From the NCBI RefSeq assembly GCF_055900595.2, contig NZ_CM148325.1: a DNA stretch of 64,000 bases; one strand, 5' to 3'. Of the stretch, positions 14,700 through 25,879 are shown piece after piece. Numbering within the stretch: position 1 is the first letter of the stretch; each line of letters opens with the position of its first letter. A program made the translations under genes and the position numbers. The notes below the pieces were generated by a model, which was not told where the DNA came from, ran no database searches, and saw only the letters and a program-made list of their open reading frames with translations.

Positions 14700-15160
14700 T
14701 TTAACGATCTCGGTCGTAGTATAAACTTTTTTGATAAATAAATAGAGACCTGTCCAGGCAATCTGAATGCTGTCAGCGTATTGCAAAAGCTAAAGGCATT
14801 GGTCCTGAAATTGTCACGAGCGTTGTTGCTGTTATTATTGGCAAAGGCACTGAATTTAAGAATGATCGTCACTGTGCTGCATGGCTTGGTCTGCTTCCAT
14901 GCCTGCACTAGAGTTGCTGCAGGTAAGTTCTCATGAATATAACGAAAAAAGGCGACAAGCATCTGCAAACACTTTTTATTCATGGCGTCCGTGCTGTCGT
15001 TAGAGTTGCTACGAATAATAATGATGTATACCTAAATCAGTGGGTTAAGCAGTTAAAGGAGAGTCGCGAATTTAATAAAACTACTGTGGAGATTGCTAAC
15101 AAATACGCGAGAATAATCTGGTCGATGCTGATAAATGATACAGAATATCAGGCAGTGTGA
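14700..15160 (+). pseudogene. IS110-family transposase C-terminal remnant, host of the IS630 insertion
   Basis: AAWLGLLPC and KGDKHLQTLFIHGVRAVV C-terminal motifs, with stops upstream. Confidence 0.55.
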
Positions 15161-15169
15161 AGTTAATCT

Positions 15170-15510
15170 CTTTCAGCAAAAGTTGCAGCGTACTGAGAAA
15201 TGGTGACGGGTTGCACCTGCACAATCGGAACCTGATTTTTGTACTGGCCTCAGAGGTCGTCCAGTTGTAGAGGCGATTGTGTGTGGATTCCCTATTTGGG
15301 CACAGGTTTTCCTGATGCCGGATAGATGTAAGCAACAATCCAAAACCAGAATCAGTGCTTGCAAAACTGAGGTAGTCAATAGATGTAGTAAGTGGCTTCA
15401 GAAATACCGGCTTCCCGACAAACATCTTTAATTGTTCGTCCGGTTTCAACCGATTTAATTACAGCGATGATCTAATACTCAGTAATACGGGCTTTACGCA
15501 TAGCGATTTT
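15170..15510 (-). pseudogene. IS3-like OrfA (HTH transposase) remnant
   Basis: minus-strand translation IAVIKSVETGRTIKDVCREAGISEATYY with in-frame stops. Confidence 0.4.
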
Positions 15511-15824
15511 CTTCGTTATCAGATTGATTATTCCGGATGATCTCTAAATATGAATGGAGCGATTATGCGGGATACTTACAGATGGCTCTCACTTAATGAG
15601 AGTCTTCTTTCAAACAACAAAAACAGTAAATTGGGTAGAATGGGGAACTTAACTGCATCGTTAATTAATATATGGATGCGCTGTTGTAAAATATAGATGT
15701 ATCGGGGATAATAATACTTTACTCTGTTTCCAGCGAGTATGTTTGGTTTGCTGGACAAAGCGCCTCATAAAGTCAGAGGCGCTCAAAGTAGAAATATATT
15801 TCAGAGGGAATGTATCATAATGTA

Positions 15825-16109
15825 CTAGTGGTTCTTTGATGGTATATCAAAAATGTTTGTGTGAACTGTATAACAGCCCTCCAGTAGTGATGCTAGCCAT
15901 TTGAAAGATTTCTGCTGTTCTGAAGACCATCTGGAATTATTTGATTCAAAATGAATGAATGCCAGTATTTGTATCATCTGTTCCTTAGGAAGCGATGAAG
16001 CCAGATATGAAAATGCAACCGTGAGAGCATTCATGTCGTCTCGAAGCATTGACATGTACTCGAGTAATTCCTGCAGAGTAATTGTTCTATTGTCCATAAA
16101 ACTCCTCAT
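15825..16109 (-). CDS. hypothetical 94-aa protein, divergent from iha
   Basis: ORF only; no family recognised; may start at internal Met. Confidence 0.3.
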   Translation of the reverse strand: MRSFMDNRTITLQELLEYMSMLRDDMNALTVAFSYLASSLPKEQMIQILAFIHFESNNSRWSSEQQKSFKWLASLLEGCYTVHTNIFDIPSKNH

Positions 16110-16353
16110 TATTAATTATATTCACCTGTCTGATGTACGAAATATCCGATAGTGTATGATTAACATATCCAAGGACAAGAAACTGATAAAGATTGGATAA
16201 ATACCCATAGTGCAAAAATCCGATATGGATCGTCAACGATTGCTATCCGTTACTTTCCCCTAGAGAAAAGAACGTCCTCAACTGAAATTCGGGGTATAGT
16301 AGAACCTTATGTAATATTTTGTAATTTTTTGCTTTTTTATGTAAAAACCAAAA

Positions 16354-16372
16354 GCAAATCATTCTCATTATC
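16354..16372 (+). promoter_or_regulatory. putative Fur box upstream of iha
   Basis: GCAAATCATTCTCATTATC matches 14 of 19 positions of GATAATGATAATCATTATC, about 50 bp upstream of the iha start. Confidence 0.4.
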
Positions 16373-16421
16373 TCTTGCGTTTGTTTATCTTCTCTCTGAT
16401 TAATATAATCGGAGAGAAGAT

Positions 16422-18509
16422 ATGCGAGTAACCACTCTGGCTTCAGTAGCCATCCCTTGTCTCGGGTTTTCAGTCAGCAGTATGGCTGCGGAAGATGTGA
16501 TGGTAGTCACGGCGTCTGGCTATGAAAAAAAATTAACCAGTGCAGCTGCGAGTGTTTCAGTGATCAGCCAGGAGGATTTGCGATCCAGCCAGTATCATGA
16601 TCTGGGGGAGGCACTGAGATCCGTAGAGGGGGTGGATGTTGAAAGCGGTACGGGTAAAACAGGTGGGCTGGAAATCAGCATCCGCGGAATGCCTGCCAGT
16701 TATACGCTGATACTGATCGATGGTGTCCGTCAGGGCGGGAGCAGTGACGTAACCCCAAACGGTTATGCTGCCATGAATACGGGTTTTATGCCACCTCTGG
16801 CCGCCATCGAACGTATTGAGATTATCAGGGGCCCCATGTCCACTCTGTACGGCTCTGATGCCATGGGGGGCGTGGTGAATATCATCACCAAAAAGAATGC
16901 AGACAAATGGCGCTCTTCGGTTAATGCCGGGCTGAACCTGCAGGAAAGTAACAAATGGGGGAACAGCAGCCAGTTTAATTTCTGGAGCAGCGGTCCCCTT
17001 GTGGATGATTCACTCAGCCTTCAGGTACGTGGCAGCACACAGCAGCGTCAGGGCTCATCGGTCACATCACTGAGCGACACCTCAGCTACGCGTATCCCTT
17101 ATCCCACGGAATCACAGAATTATAATGCAGGTGGTCGTCTTGACTGGAAAGCGACGGACAAGGATGTACTCTGGATTGATATGGATATCGCCCGGCAGCG
17201 TTATGATAACCGAGATGGCCAGCTGGGCAGTCTGACGGGCGGTTATGATCGCACCCTGCGCTATGAGCGTAATAAAATTTCAGCAGGCTATGATCATACA
17301 TTCACCTTCGGAGCCTGGAAGTCATCCCTGAACTGGAATGAGACGGAAAATAAAGGCCGTCAGCTTGTACGTAGCGTACTGCAGCGTGATAAATGGGGGC
17401 TTGCCGGCCAGCCGAGGGAGCTTAAGGAGTCGAATCTTATCCTGAGCTCATTACTGTTTGCACCTCTGGGGGAATCACACAAGGTTACCGTCGGTGGTGA
17501 GTATCAGAACTCCTCCATGAAAGACGGGGTTGTTCTCGCCAGTACTGGTGAAACCTTCCGTCAGAAAAGCTGGTCGGCATTTGTTGAGGATGAGTGGTAT
17601 ATCACGGATGCATTTGCACTGACTGCGGGTAGCCGCTATGAACGCTATGAGGTGTTCGGAGGACACTTCAGTCCCCGGGCATATATGGTCTGGGATGTGA
17701 CTGATGCGTGGACGCTGAAAGGTGGGGTGACCACGGGATATAAGGCGCCCAGCATGGGGCAGTTACATAAGGGGATCAGCGGTGTGTCCGGTCAGGGGCG
17801 TACGAATCTTCTCGGTAACCCGGACCTGAAGCCGGAGGAGAGTGTCAGTTATGAAGCGGGCGTGTATTACGATAATCATGCCGGTCTGAACGCCAATATC
17901 ACGGGCTTTATGACAGAATTCTCCAACAAGATCGTATCTTATTCCATTGATGATAATACCCGCAGCTACACAAACAGCGGAAAGGCTAGGACTCAGGGCG
18001 TGGAATTTGCCGGCACACTGCCTCTGTTGTCAGAGGATGTGACTCTGTCTCTGAATTATACCTGGACGCAGAGTGAACAACGGGATGGGGATAATAAAGG
18101 TGCACCACTGAGTTACACCCCTGAGCATATGGTGAATGCGAAACTGAACTGGCAGATTACTGAAGAGGTGACATCATGGCTGGGTGCCCGTTACCGCGGG
18201 AAAACGCCACGTTTCACCCAGAATTATTCGTCACTCTCAGCTGTACAGAAGAAAGTGTATGATGAGAAAGGTGAATATCTGAAAGCCTGGACGGTACTGG
18301 ATGCGGGCATGTCGTGGAAAGTGACGGATGCACTGATGCTGAATGCAGCGGTGAATAATGTGCTTAACAAGGATTACAGTGACGTAAGTCTGTATCGTGC
18401 CGGCAGTGGTACGCTTTATGCGGGTGATTACTTCCAGACGGGGGCATCGACAACGGGTTATGTGATACCTGAGAGAAATTACTGGATGTCGCTGAACTAT
18501 CAGTTCTGA
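16422..18509 (+). CDS. iha: TonB-dependent outer-membrane siderophore receptor / adhesin Iha
   Basis: 695-aa ORF with signal peptide, plug domain, beta-barrel and C-terminal aromatic residue; matches remembered Iha N-terminus. Confidence 0.85.
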   Translation: MRVTTLASVAIPCLGFSVSSMAAEDVMVVTASGYEKKLTSAAASVSVISQEDLRSSQYHDLGEALRSVEGVDVESGTGKTGGLEISIRGMPASYTLILIDGVRQGGSSDVTPNGYAAMNTGFMPPLAAIERIEIIRGPMSTLYGSDAMGGVVNIITKKNADKWRSSVNAGLNLQESNKWGNSSQFNFWSSGPLVDDSLSLQVRGSTQQRQGSSVTSLSDTSATRIPYPTESQNYNAGGRLDWKATDKDVLWIDMDIARQRYDNRDGQLGSLTGGYDRTLRYERNKISAGYDHTFTFGAWKSSLNWNETENKGRQLVRSVLQRDKWGLAGQPRELKESNLILSSLLFAPLGESHKVTVGGEYQNSSMKDGVVLASTGETFRQKSWSAFVEDEWYITDAFALTAGSRYERYEVFGGHFSPRAYMVWDVTDAWTLKGGVTTGYKAPSMGQLHKGISGVSGQGRTNLLGNPDLKPEESVSYEAGVYYDNHAGLNANITGFMTEFSNKIVSYSIDDNTRSYTNSGKARTQGVEFAGTLPLLSEDVTLSLNYTWTQSEQRDGDNKGAPLSYTPEHMVNAKLNWQITEEVTSWLGARYRGKTPRFTQNYSSLSAVQKKVYDEKGEYLKAWTVLDAGMSWKVTDALMLNAAVNNVLNKDYSDVSLYRAGSGTLYAGDYFQTGASTTGYVIPERNYWMSLNYQF

Positions 18510-18550
18510 TAACAACAAACCCGATATAACGCATTATAATACGTAAAGAT

Positions 18551-18581
18551 GCTGCCTCTGTCACCTGAGGGCAGTGGCAGC
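18551..18581 (+). terminator. hairpin downstream of iha
   Basis: GCTGCCTCTGTCACCTGAGGGCAGTGGCAGC inverted repeat. Confidence 0.35.
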
Positions 18582-18995
18582 AACACACGATGCAGGTGTT
18601 TGATCACCAGTGACCCGCCGTTTACTCCTTTAGTATGGCATACTTCTGTTGTCACCTGTGACCAGGCGCGCGACTCTGTAAACATCCGGATGTATGCGTT
18701 CTTCTGACAGTTAATATTACCGGCAGGTAGTTGACGATGTGTGGGCTTGTGACCGCATCCGGGTAATAAAGAAATAATCCGCCAGCGGCTTTTATTCTTA
18801 TGGGCAGTAATTAAATACATCGCCATGTGGGTAAATATAAGTGACGGAATGAGAGTAACAAGTGATGCTGGAATTAAGATTTTGCTTTTTGCAGTGATAG
18901 CCAGAGCCTTTTACAGAAATGTGGTATGAGGTGCATTTTTTACGCTCACATTATTGTTTTATTATCGGCGTCAACCAGTGATCAGGAGGTGCAAC

Positions 18996-19247
18996 ATGCG
19001 TATATGTGTTTTTGGTTACAAAACATGTCCTTCAGTACACCGGATCATGCATCATGCGACAAATCTCCGGGATGAAACAGGGGCAGATGTCCTCTTTATT
19101 GATGCTGAGAAACATGGTATCAGTCTGAAGGTAATGTCTGAGCGTGCTGGATGTGCAGTTGAAAAATTCCCCTGTGTTTTTGTTGATGACGTCTATCTCG
19201 AACCACTGCCACCGGTGCCGGGACAACCTCATTATACTTATTGTTGA
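18996..19247 (+). CDS. small hypothetical protein, possibly thioredoxin/glutaredoxin-fold
   Basis: starts MRICVFGYKTCPSV; loose resemblance to NrdH-like layout. Confidence 0.25.
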   Translation: MRICVFGYKTCPSVHRIMHHATNLRDETGADVLFIDAEKHGISLKVMSERAGCAVEKFPCVFVDDVYLEPLPPVPGQPHYTYC

Positions 19248-19442
19248 AAATCACCACTTGGTATGAATCAGTTCCCCGGCTTTGTGAAAGGCCGGGTATA
19301 ATCACAGACTGTCTGTTATGCTTGGCAGATACACTTCCCCGGATCCCACCGTAATTTTTTAATCCCGTTTTTAATTTATTGCTGATAAATGAGCGCTTTC
19401 TTCGCACGCTGTCAGTCAGATAATATCTGACTGAGGTGTACG

Positions 19443-19838
19443 ATGTACCGGATTTTCTGTTCCCTGTTTTTCCTGCCGCTGGCAGCGTCTGCCGGCACAA
19501 CAATTTATACCGATTCTCAGCATCTTCCCGTTAATCCTCCTGATGGTGTCAGGGTGGTTCTGCTGGATGCGCCTGAGCAGCTTCAGAGCCGCTTTTGGGG
19601 CCTGTTGCCTGCTGATGCGGGTGAGGCTGAATCGGTGGTCAGGGTACGTATGAAGTCTCCCGAATGGCAGACGATGCAGGCGGAACTGGCCGGTCATTAC
19701 CGCGATGTGGCACATGCCTAGTCGCTGGGCGTGAAGAAATACCCTGCCGTGGTGTTTGATGACAGTGAGGTGGTTTACGGCACCATGGATGTGGTGATGG
19801 CCGGGAAAATCCGTGCTGAGGGAGGAGTGCAGCCATGA
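19443..19838 (+). pseudogene. secreted integrating-conjugative-element-type protein with in-frame amber stop at 19719-19721
   Basis: signal peptide; reading frame continues unchanged after TAG to 19838. Confidence 0.45.
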
Positions 19839-20812
19839 TGTCCCTGAAATGTCGTCTGCGTACCGGCGTGCTGTTACTGAGTGTGGCATCACTGCCCCTG
19901 GCGTCTGTATCACTGAACACCGCCAGCATTATCGCCAGTACTGCGGCACCGGACTATATCAGCTGGCGTGTCAGCGGGATTTGTTACTGGCTTTACTGCA
20001 GCGCGTCTGGCTGTACGGTCAGAATTTCCGTGAAGGTGACACATTTCATCCCGGAAGTGGTTATTTCCACCTATACGGCACCGGGTGGTAATCCCTGGAA
20101 AGAGATGTCGCTGGTCAGCCGGACCGCAGGTGGCCCGGAGAATGCCATCACTGACGGCCTGTCCGGGCTGAGTGCCGGCGGGGGAAATCCGGCGGATATG
20201 AAAATACAGGGGAAGCGCCGTTCAGCAATTCGTTTCAAATACGCAGATGCGCTGGGTCATCCGGCCACACAGCTTATCGGCGGGATGGTACCCGGATTCA
20301 GCTGTGATTCACCGGTGACACCGGCCATGGCCTATTTCCTCAGTACCCTGGACAGCATCGTCTAGCGAACGGGATTACCTGAATCCCTGTATCCAGAGGC
20401 ACAGGTTCCCGGCAAACGCGAGATTGGCAGCTAGGCCGATAAAAACATGTGGGGGAGCGTTTATCACCGGAGTGGTTTTGTGATGCAGAGCGATGATGAC
20501 CGGGCCGCGGCGGTGGGGGCTCAGCGGGTGGCCGACATTATCACGCGGATGGGGGAGTCGCATGTCTACAGGGAGGTTAAGGGCGTGAAACGTGACGGCT
20601 ACTGGCCCCCGGAGGCGGTGGAGGAAAACACCGGCACCCGCAATCACAAATGGCAGCGACTGACGCCGTCAGTGTCGCGTTCCTGTGCCGTTTTCCCGGA
20701 TGGTGAACACCAGGCGGCGGAGAACGGTAATGCAGCCTTTGCACTGTGGCAGCCTTACAGCTGCTTCGAAAAGCGCGGGCAGCGATTCCTTGGCAGTACG
20801 AATTTTTAAGGA
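19835..20812 (+). pseudogene. TraU-like conjugative transfer protein, disrupted
   Basis: signal peptide plus Cys-rich N-terminus; stop at 20365 then continuation in another frame to 20812. Confidence 0.35.
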
Positions 20813-20815
20813 ACC

Positions 20816-21550
20816 ATGATGATGAAGATGAAAACAGGTATGGTGGCACTGAGTGTGATGCTGTACTGCAGTATTCCGGCGATGGCTGATCTTCTTTCCC
20901 TGCCGAAACTGAATGACAGCACGTTCGGTTACGGGAAATCCGTGGATGGCGCCGTATCCGACAAACTGTTCTATACGCTGGGTGGCGGCTCGGTGATCTC
21001 ACAGTTGGCCACGCGCAGCAACATGCAGAAGCTGGGTATGGACCTGGGCTGGAGCAGCGATCTGATGTGCGGCAACTTTGACCTGAAGACCACGGTGGGT
21101 AATCATCTTAACGGATTGACCGACGGCTTTAAAAATCTGATGGGGGATGTGATTTAGGGGGCGACCGGCGCCGCTGCCAGTCTGCCGGCGATGGTGATAC
21201 AGCGTGCCAACCCCGGCCTGTACGACATGATCACCAACGGTGTGCTGCAGGCGAATGTGGCTTTCGACAAGGCGTAACTGAACTGCCAGAACATGGCAAA
21301 ACGGATGATGGACTTTTCTGATCGCAGCAAATGGACGCAGGCCAGCGATGCTGGAAGAGTACAAGAAGGTGGTGAACAGCGGTGACGGTGATGCGGTGAA
21401 AGGGGACGAGGCCGGACGTCAGGCCACCGGGAAGGAAGGTAAGAAATGGATTGGCGGGCAGCAGCGCGGCGGGGCAGGTCAGCCCGCCATCCGGCCGGTG
21501 CATGATCTGACAGCGGCTGGGTTTAACATGATGAACAGTCTGCCCGTGAC
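20816..21550 (+). pseudogene. secreted conjugation-module protein, frameshifted
   Basis: signal peptide MKTGMVALSVMLYCSIPAMA; ORF broken after 113 aa with continuation in other frames. Confidence 0.35.
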
Positions 21551-21559
21551 CAGTACGGG

Positions 21560-21945
21560 AGGTTACGATAAAGCCGACAGTGCAGGATGTGATGTTAGGA
21601 GCGATAGAAAAACGCTTTGGCGATAAAGGACCGGAACGAGCAATCCAGTGGCGGACGGATAACGGTTCGGCTTATACGGCTCATGAAACACGGCAATTCG
21701 CCAGAGAGTTGAATCTGGAGCCCTGCACGACGGCAGTCAGTAGCCCTCAGAGCAATAGAATGGCAGAAAGGTTCGTGAAAACGTGAATGAAGACTACATC
21801 GCGTTCATGCCGAAACTGAATGTAATAACGGCATTGCATAACCTTGCAGAGGCGTTCGAGCATTACAATGAAAACCATCCGCATAGTGCGTTAGGTTATC
21901 TCTCACCACGGGAATATCGACGTCAGCGGATAACGTTAACTTAAG
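21560..21945 (+). pseudogene. DDE (rve-type) transposase C-terminal fragment
   Basis: [25 protein letters not shown] ... [14 protein letters not shown] integrase-core tail with internal stop. Confidence 0.5.
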
Positions 21946-22243
21946 ATACAATAGCAGTCTGATATTGAGGGGGCAAGAACATCCGAACCACACCAGCCTG
22001 TGACTTATACCCTGTCTCTACGACCCAGAGAGTATTATTCTTAATAATCTCATAATATATACACAATAGGAAGTATCTATTAACAAAATAGAGAACATCG
22101 TTTTTACTATCAAATAGTTGCACTGTATTAATATGATTAAACTTTAAAAAAGTTTCAGGCTGATCAGGAGGAGTTATGAAAAAAATAAATATTTTAATTC
22201 TGTGTCTGTTTTCTGGAGCGTCGTGGGCAAGTGACGTAGATAA

Positions 22244-22252
22244 TGTTAAGTG
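22244..22252. repeat. 9-bp target-site duplication TGTTAAGTG, left copy
   Basis: identical 9-mer at 23582-23590 immediately after the IS10 inside end. Confidence 0.9.
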
Positions 22253-23581
22253 CTGATGAATCCCCTAATGATTTTTATCAAAATCATTAAGTTAAGGTAG
22301 ATACACATCTTGTCATATGATCAAATGGTTTCGCCAAAAATCAATAATCAGACAACAAAATGTGCGAACTCGATATTTTACACGACTCTCTTTACCAATT
22401 CTGCCCCGAATTACACTTAAAACGACTCAACAGCTTAACGTTGGCTTGCCACGCCTTACTTGACTGTAAAACTCTCACTCTTACCGAACTTGGCCGTAAC
22501 CTGCCAACCAAAGCGAGAACAAAACATAACATCAAACGAATCGACCGATTGTTAGGTAATCGTCACCTCCACAAAGAGCGACTCGCTGTATACCGTTGGC
22601 ATGCTAGCTTTATCTGTTCGGGCAATACGATGCCCATTGTACTTGTTGACTGGTCTGATATCCGTGAGCAAAAACGGCTTATGGTATTGCGAGCTTCAGT
22701 CGCACTACACGGTCGTTCTGTTACTCTTTATGAGAAAGCGTTCCCGCTTTCAGAGCAATGTTCAAAGAAAGCTCATGACCAATTTCTAGCCGACCTTGCG
22801 AGCATTCTACCGAGTAACACCACACCGCTCATTGTCAGTGATGCTGGCTTTAAAGTGCCATGGTATAAATCCGTTGAGAAGCTGGGTTGGTACTGGTTAA
22901 GTCGAGTAAGAGGAAAAGTACAATATGCAGACCTAGGAGCGGAAAACTGGAAACCTATCAGCAACTTACATGATATGTCATCTAGTCACTCAAAGACTTT
23001 AGGCTATAAGAGGCTGACTAAAAGCAATCCAATCTCATGCCAAATTCTATTGTATAAATCTCGCTCTAAAGGCCGAAAAAATCAGCGCTCGACACGGACT
23101 CATTGTCACCACCCGTCACCTAAAATCTACTCAGCGTCGGCAAAGGAGCCATGGATTCTAGCAACTAACTTACCTGTTGAAATTCGAACACCCAAACAAC
23201 TTGTTAATATCTATTCGAAGCGAATGCAGATTGAAGAAACCTTCCGAGACTTGAAAAGTCCTGCCTACGGACTAGGCCTACGCCATAGCCGAACGAGCAG
23301 CTCAGAGCGTTTTGATATCATGCTGCTAATCGCCCTGATGCTTCAACTAACATGTTGGCTTGCGGGCGTTCATGCTCAGAAACAAGGTTGGGACAAGCAC
23401 TTCCAGGCTAACACAGTCAGAAATCGAAACGTACTCTCAACAGTTCGCTTAGGCATGGAAGTTTTGCGGCATTCTGGCTACACAATAACAAGGGAAGACT
23501 CACTCGTGGCTGCAACCCTGCTTACTCAAAATCTATTCACACATGGTTACGTTTTGGGGAAATTATGAGGGGATCTCTCAG
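22253..23581 (+). mobile_element. IS10, complete
   Basis: 1329 bp; outside end CTGATGAATCCCCTAATGATTTT at 22253, inside end ...GGGGATCTCTCAG at 23581. Confidence 0.95.
22360..23568 (+). CDS. IS10 transposase
   Basis: 402-aa ORF matching remembered IS10 transposase (MCELDILHDSLYQFCPELHLKRLNS...). Confidence 0.95.
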   Translation: MCELDILHDSLYQFCPELHLKRLNSLTLACHALLDCKTLTLTELGRNLPTKARTKHNIKRIDRLLGNRHLHKERLAVYRWHASFICSGNTMPIVLVDWSDIREQKRLMVLRASVALHGRSVTLYEKAFPLSEQCSKKAHDQFLADLASILPSNTTPLIVSDAGFKVPWYKSVEKLGWYWLSRVRGKVQYADLGAENWKPISNLHDMSSSHSKTLGYKRLTKSNPISCQILLYKSRSKGRKNQRSTRTHCHHPSPKIYSASAKEPWILATNLPVEIRTPKQLVNIYSKRMQIEETFRDLKSPAYGLGLRHSRTSSSERFDIMLLIALMLQLTCWLAGVHAQKQGWDKHFQANTVRNRNVLSTVRLGMEVLRHSGYTITREDSLVAATLLTQNLFTHGYVLGKL

Positions 23582-23590
23582 TGTTAAGTG
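23582..23590. repeat. 9-bp target-site duplication TGTTAAGTG, right copy
   Basis: see left copy at 22244-22252. Confidence 0.9.
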
Positions 23591-24174
23591 TATTCGGGTA
23601 GATAGTAAAGACATTGAAAGGTTATTCGATCGCTGGAATGAATCATTAAAAACAGGTGATGCCAAGAAGGTTGCTGATAACTATTTAAGTGATGCGATCT
23701 TACTGCCCACAGTATCAAAAAAAATTAGGATTACAGATGCAGAAAGAGTTGACTATTTTGAGCATTTTTTGAAAAAAAAACCTGTTGGAGAAATAAACTT
23801 CAGAACTATTCGCATTGGATGCAATATGGCTCTTGATACAGGGAATTACACGTTTACTTTTGAAGATAAAAAACAAGTTTCAGCACGCTATAGTTTCGCT
23901 TATGAGTGGGATGGAAAGGATTGGAAAATATCATCCCATCATTCATCTGTAGTGCCAACAACATAATATATTGAGCCTGTTTACCATTCTCTGTTAATGC
24001 CTTCTCTTAAAAGTGACCGTCCAAGCGGTCACTGATTACCCATTCTTAATTCAGTGCAGGATTAAAATATATGTGCAAAATAATTTAATTCAGACAGCTT
24101 TTTATTTCACTATGGCTATCCCAGATATCGACGACGGATGAAAAGTGGCTCTTACGCAACCTGGATGGAGATTT

Positions 24175-24540
24175 TCATGCCAGTGGACTCATGACCCTCT
24201 GTCTGAGTAGTTCAAATCCGGCTCGACCATACATCTGGCCTTTCAGCATTTTTAGTCTATTTACATGACTTTCGACAACCCCCATTATTCCAGCGACTGC
24301 TGATTGCCTCACATATAGCCGCAGCATCAGCTGCCATCCTTGCAGCCACGCGCCGAAGTTACCACTTTCTCGTTGCTCTTTTAACCACTCCCTCCATGGG
24401 GCCAGAAGTCCTCGCTCTGGAGGCCGGGTTGACATTTCAGGGAATGTTCCTGAACACACCCAGAGACTGACTGTCACACGTGATAAGCCTGTAATACGGG
24501 ATACGGCCTGATTGTATCCAATCTGGAAGAAAAGTTTCAT
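24175..24540 (-). CDS. hypothetical HTH protein, possibly transposase-derived
   Basis: HTH-like ITGLSRVTVSLW and C-terminal HVNRLKMLKGQMYGRAGFELLRQRV resembling a transposase tail. Confidence 0.3.
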   Translation of the reverse strand: MKLFFQIGYNQAVSRITGLSRVTVSLWVCSGTFPEMSTRPPERGLLAPWREWLKEQRESGNFGAWLQGWQLMLRLYVRQSAVAGIMGVVESHVNRLKMLKGQMYGRAGFELLRQRVMSPLA

Positions 24541-24879
24541 GATTTTATGGGCGTTATCCTTATGGTGCTGGGCGACGAGAGTAATACTTCACGCCGGTTT
24601 TGTCGGATAATCCAGAAATATAGGGGCAAATCCAAACAGGAAAGATAGGGGGAGGGACGCGTTTCCGGCACAACCAGCGTTACGTCACCCTGCATTGTTA
24701 GTTACGAAAAGCGTACCGGAAACGCGGAACATTCTTTTAACACATTACAGGCATTCGCACACATCTTTTTTCTTCTTTGTGCTCTGAACACTGCAGTGCT
24801 CAATTAATATTAGCCACGTTTTACAGTAAGAACGGTATCTGTTCTCTGATTCTTCCGGCGTCAACCCACAGTGTAATTA

Positions 24880-24916
<37 letters not shown>

Positions 24917-24922
24917 AGCTAG

Positions 24923-25659
<737 letters not shown>

Positions 25660-25669
25660 CTCTGTTCAG

Positions 25670-25879
25670 GTGACCAAATTCAGTGTGCCATTTCAGTCTG
25701 TAATGCGCTGTGTGAAAAAGCTCACTGACAGTCTGAGTATTTGTCTGCAAAGGATGGAAGCCCGTCGAGGGTTCCTGAAAACCACTGGTGCGCTGGCGAA
25801 TAAGCTGACAAGAATCATCTGGCGTGTTTTGAGCGATAGTATTGATTTTAATATGCAGAAGGCCGTTGTGATGAATTAA
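25670..25879 (+). pseudogene. IS110-family transposase C-terminal fragment
   Basis: TGALANKLTRIIWRVL C-terminal motif. Confidence 0.45.

Larger units (their letters stand above)
22176..23966 (+). pseudogene. signal-peptide NTF2-like (DUF4440/SnoaL-like) protein gene interrupted by IS10
   Basis: RBS AGGAGG then MKKINILILCLFSGASWASDVDNVK to 22252; frame resumes exactly after IS10 as CIRVDSK...HHSSVVPTT. Confidence 0.55.

Noticed and set aside
19120-19929. Minus-strand ORFs (127, 165, 96 aa) across the conjugation-module remnant
   Set aside because: Arg/His-rich antisense translations overlapping better-supported plus-strand genes.
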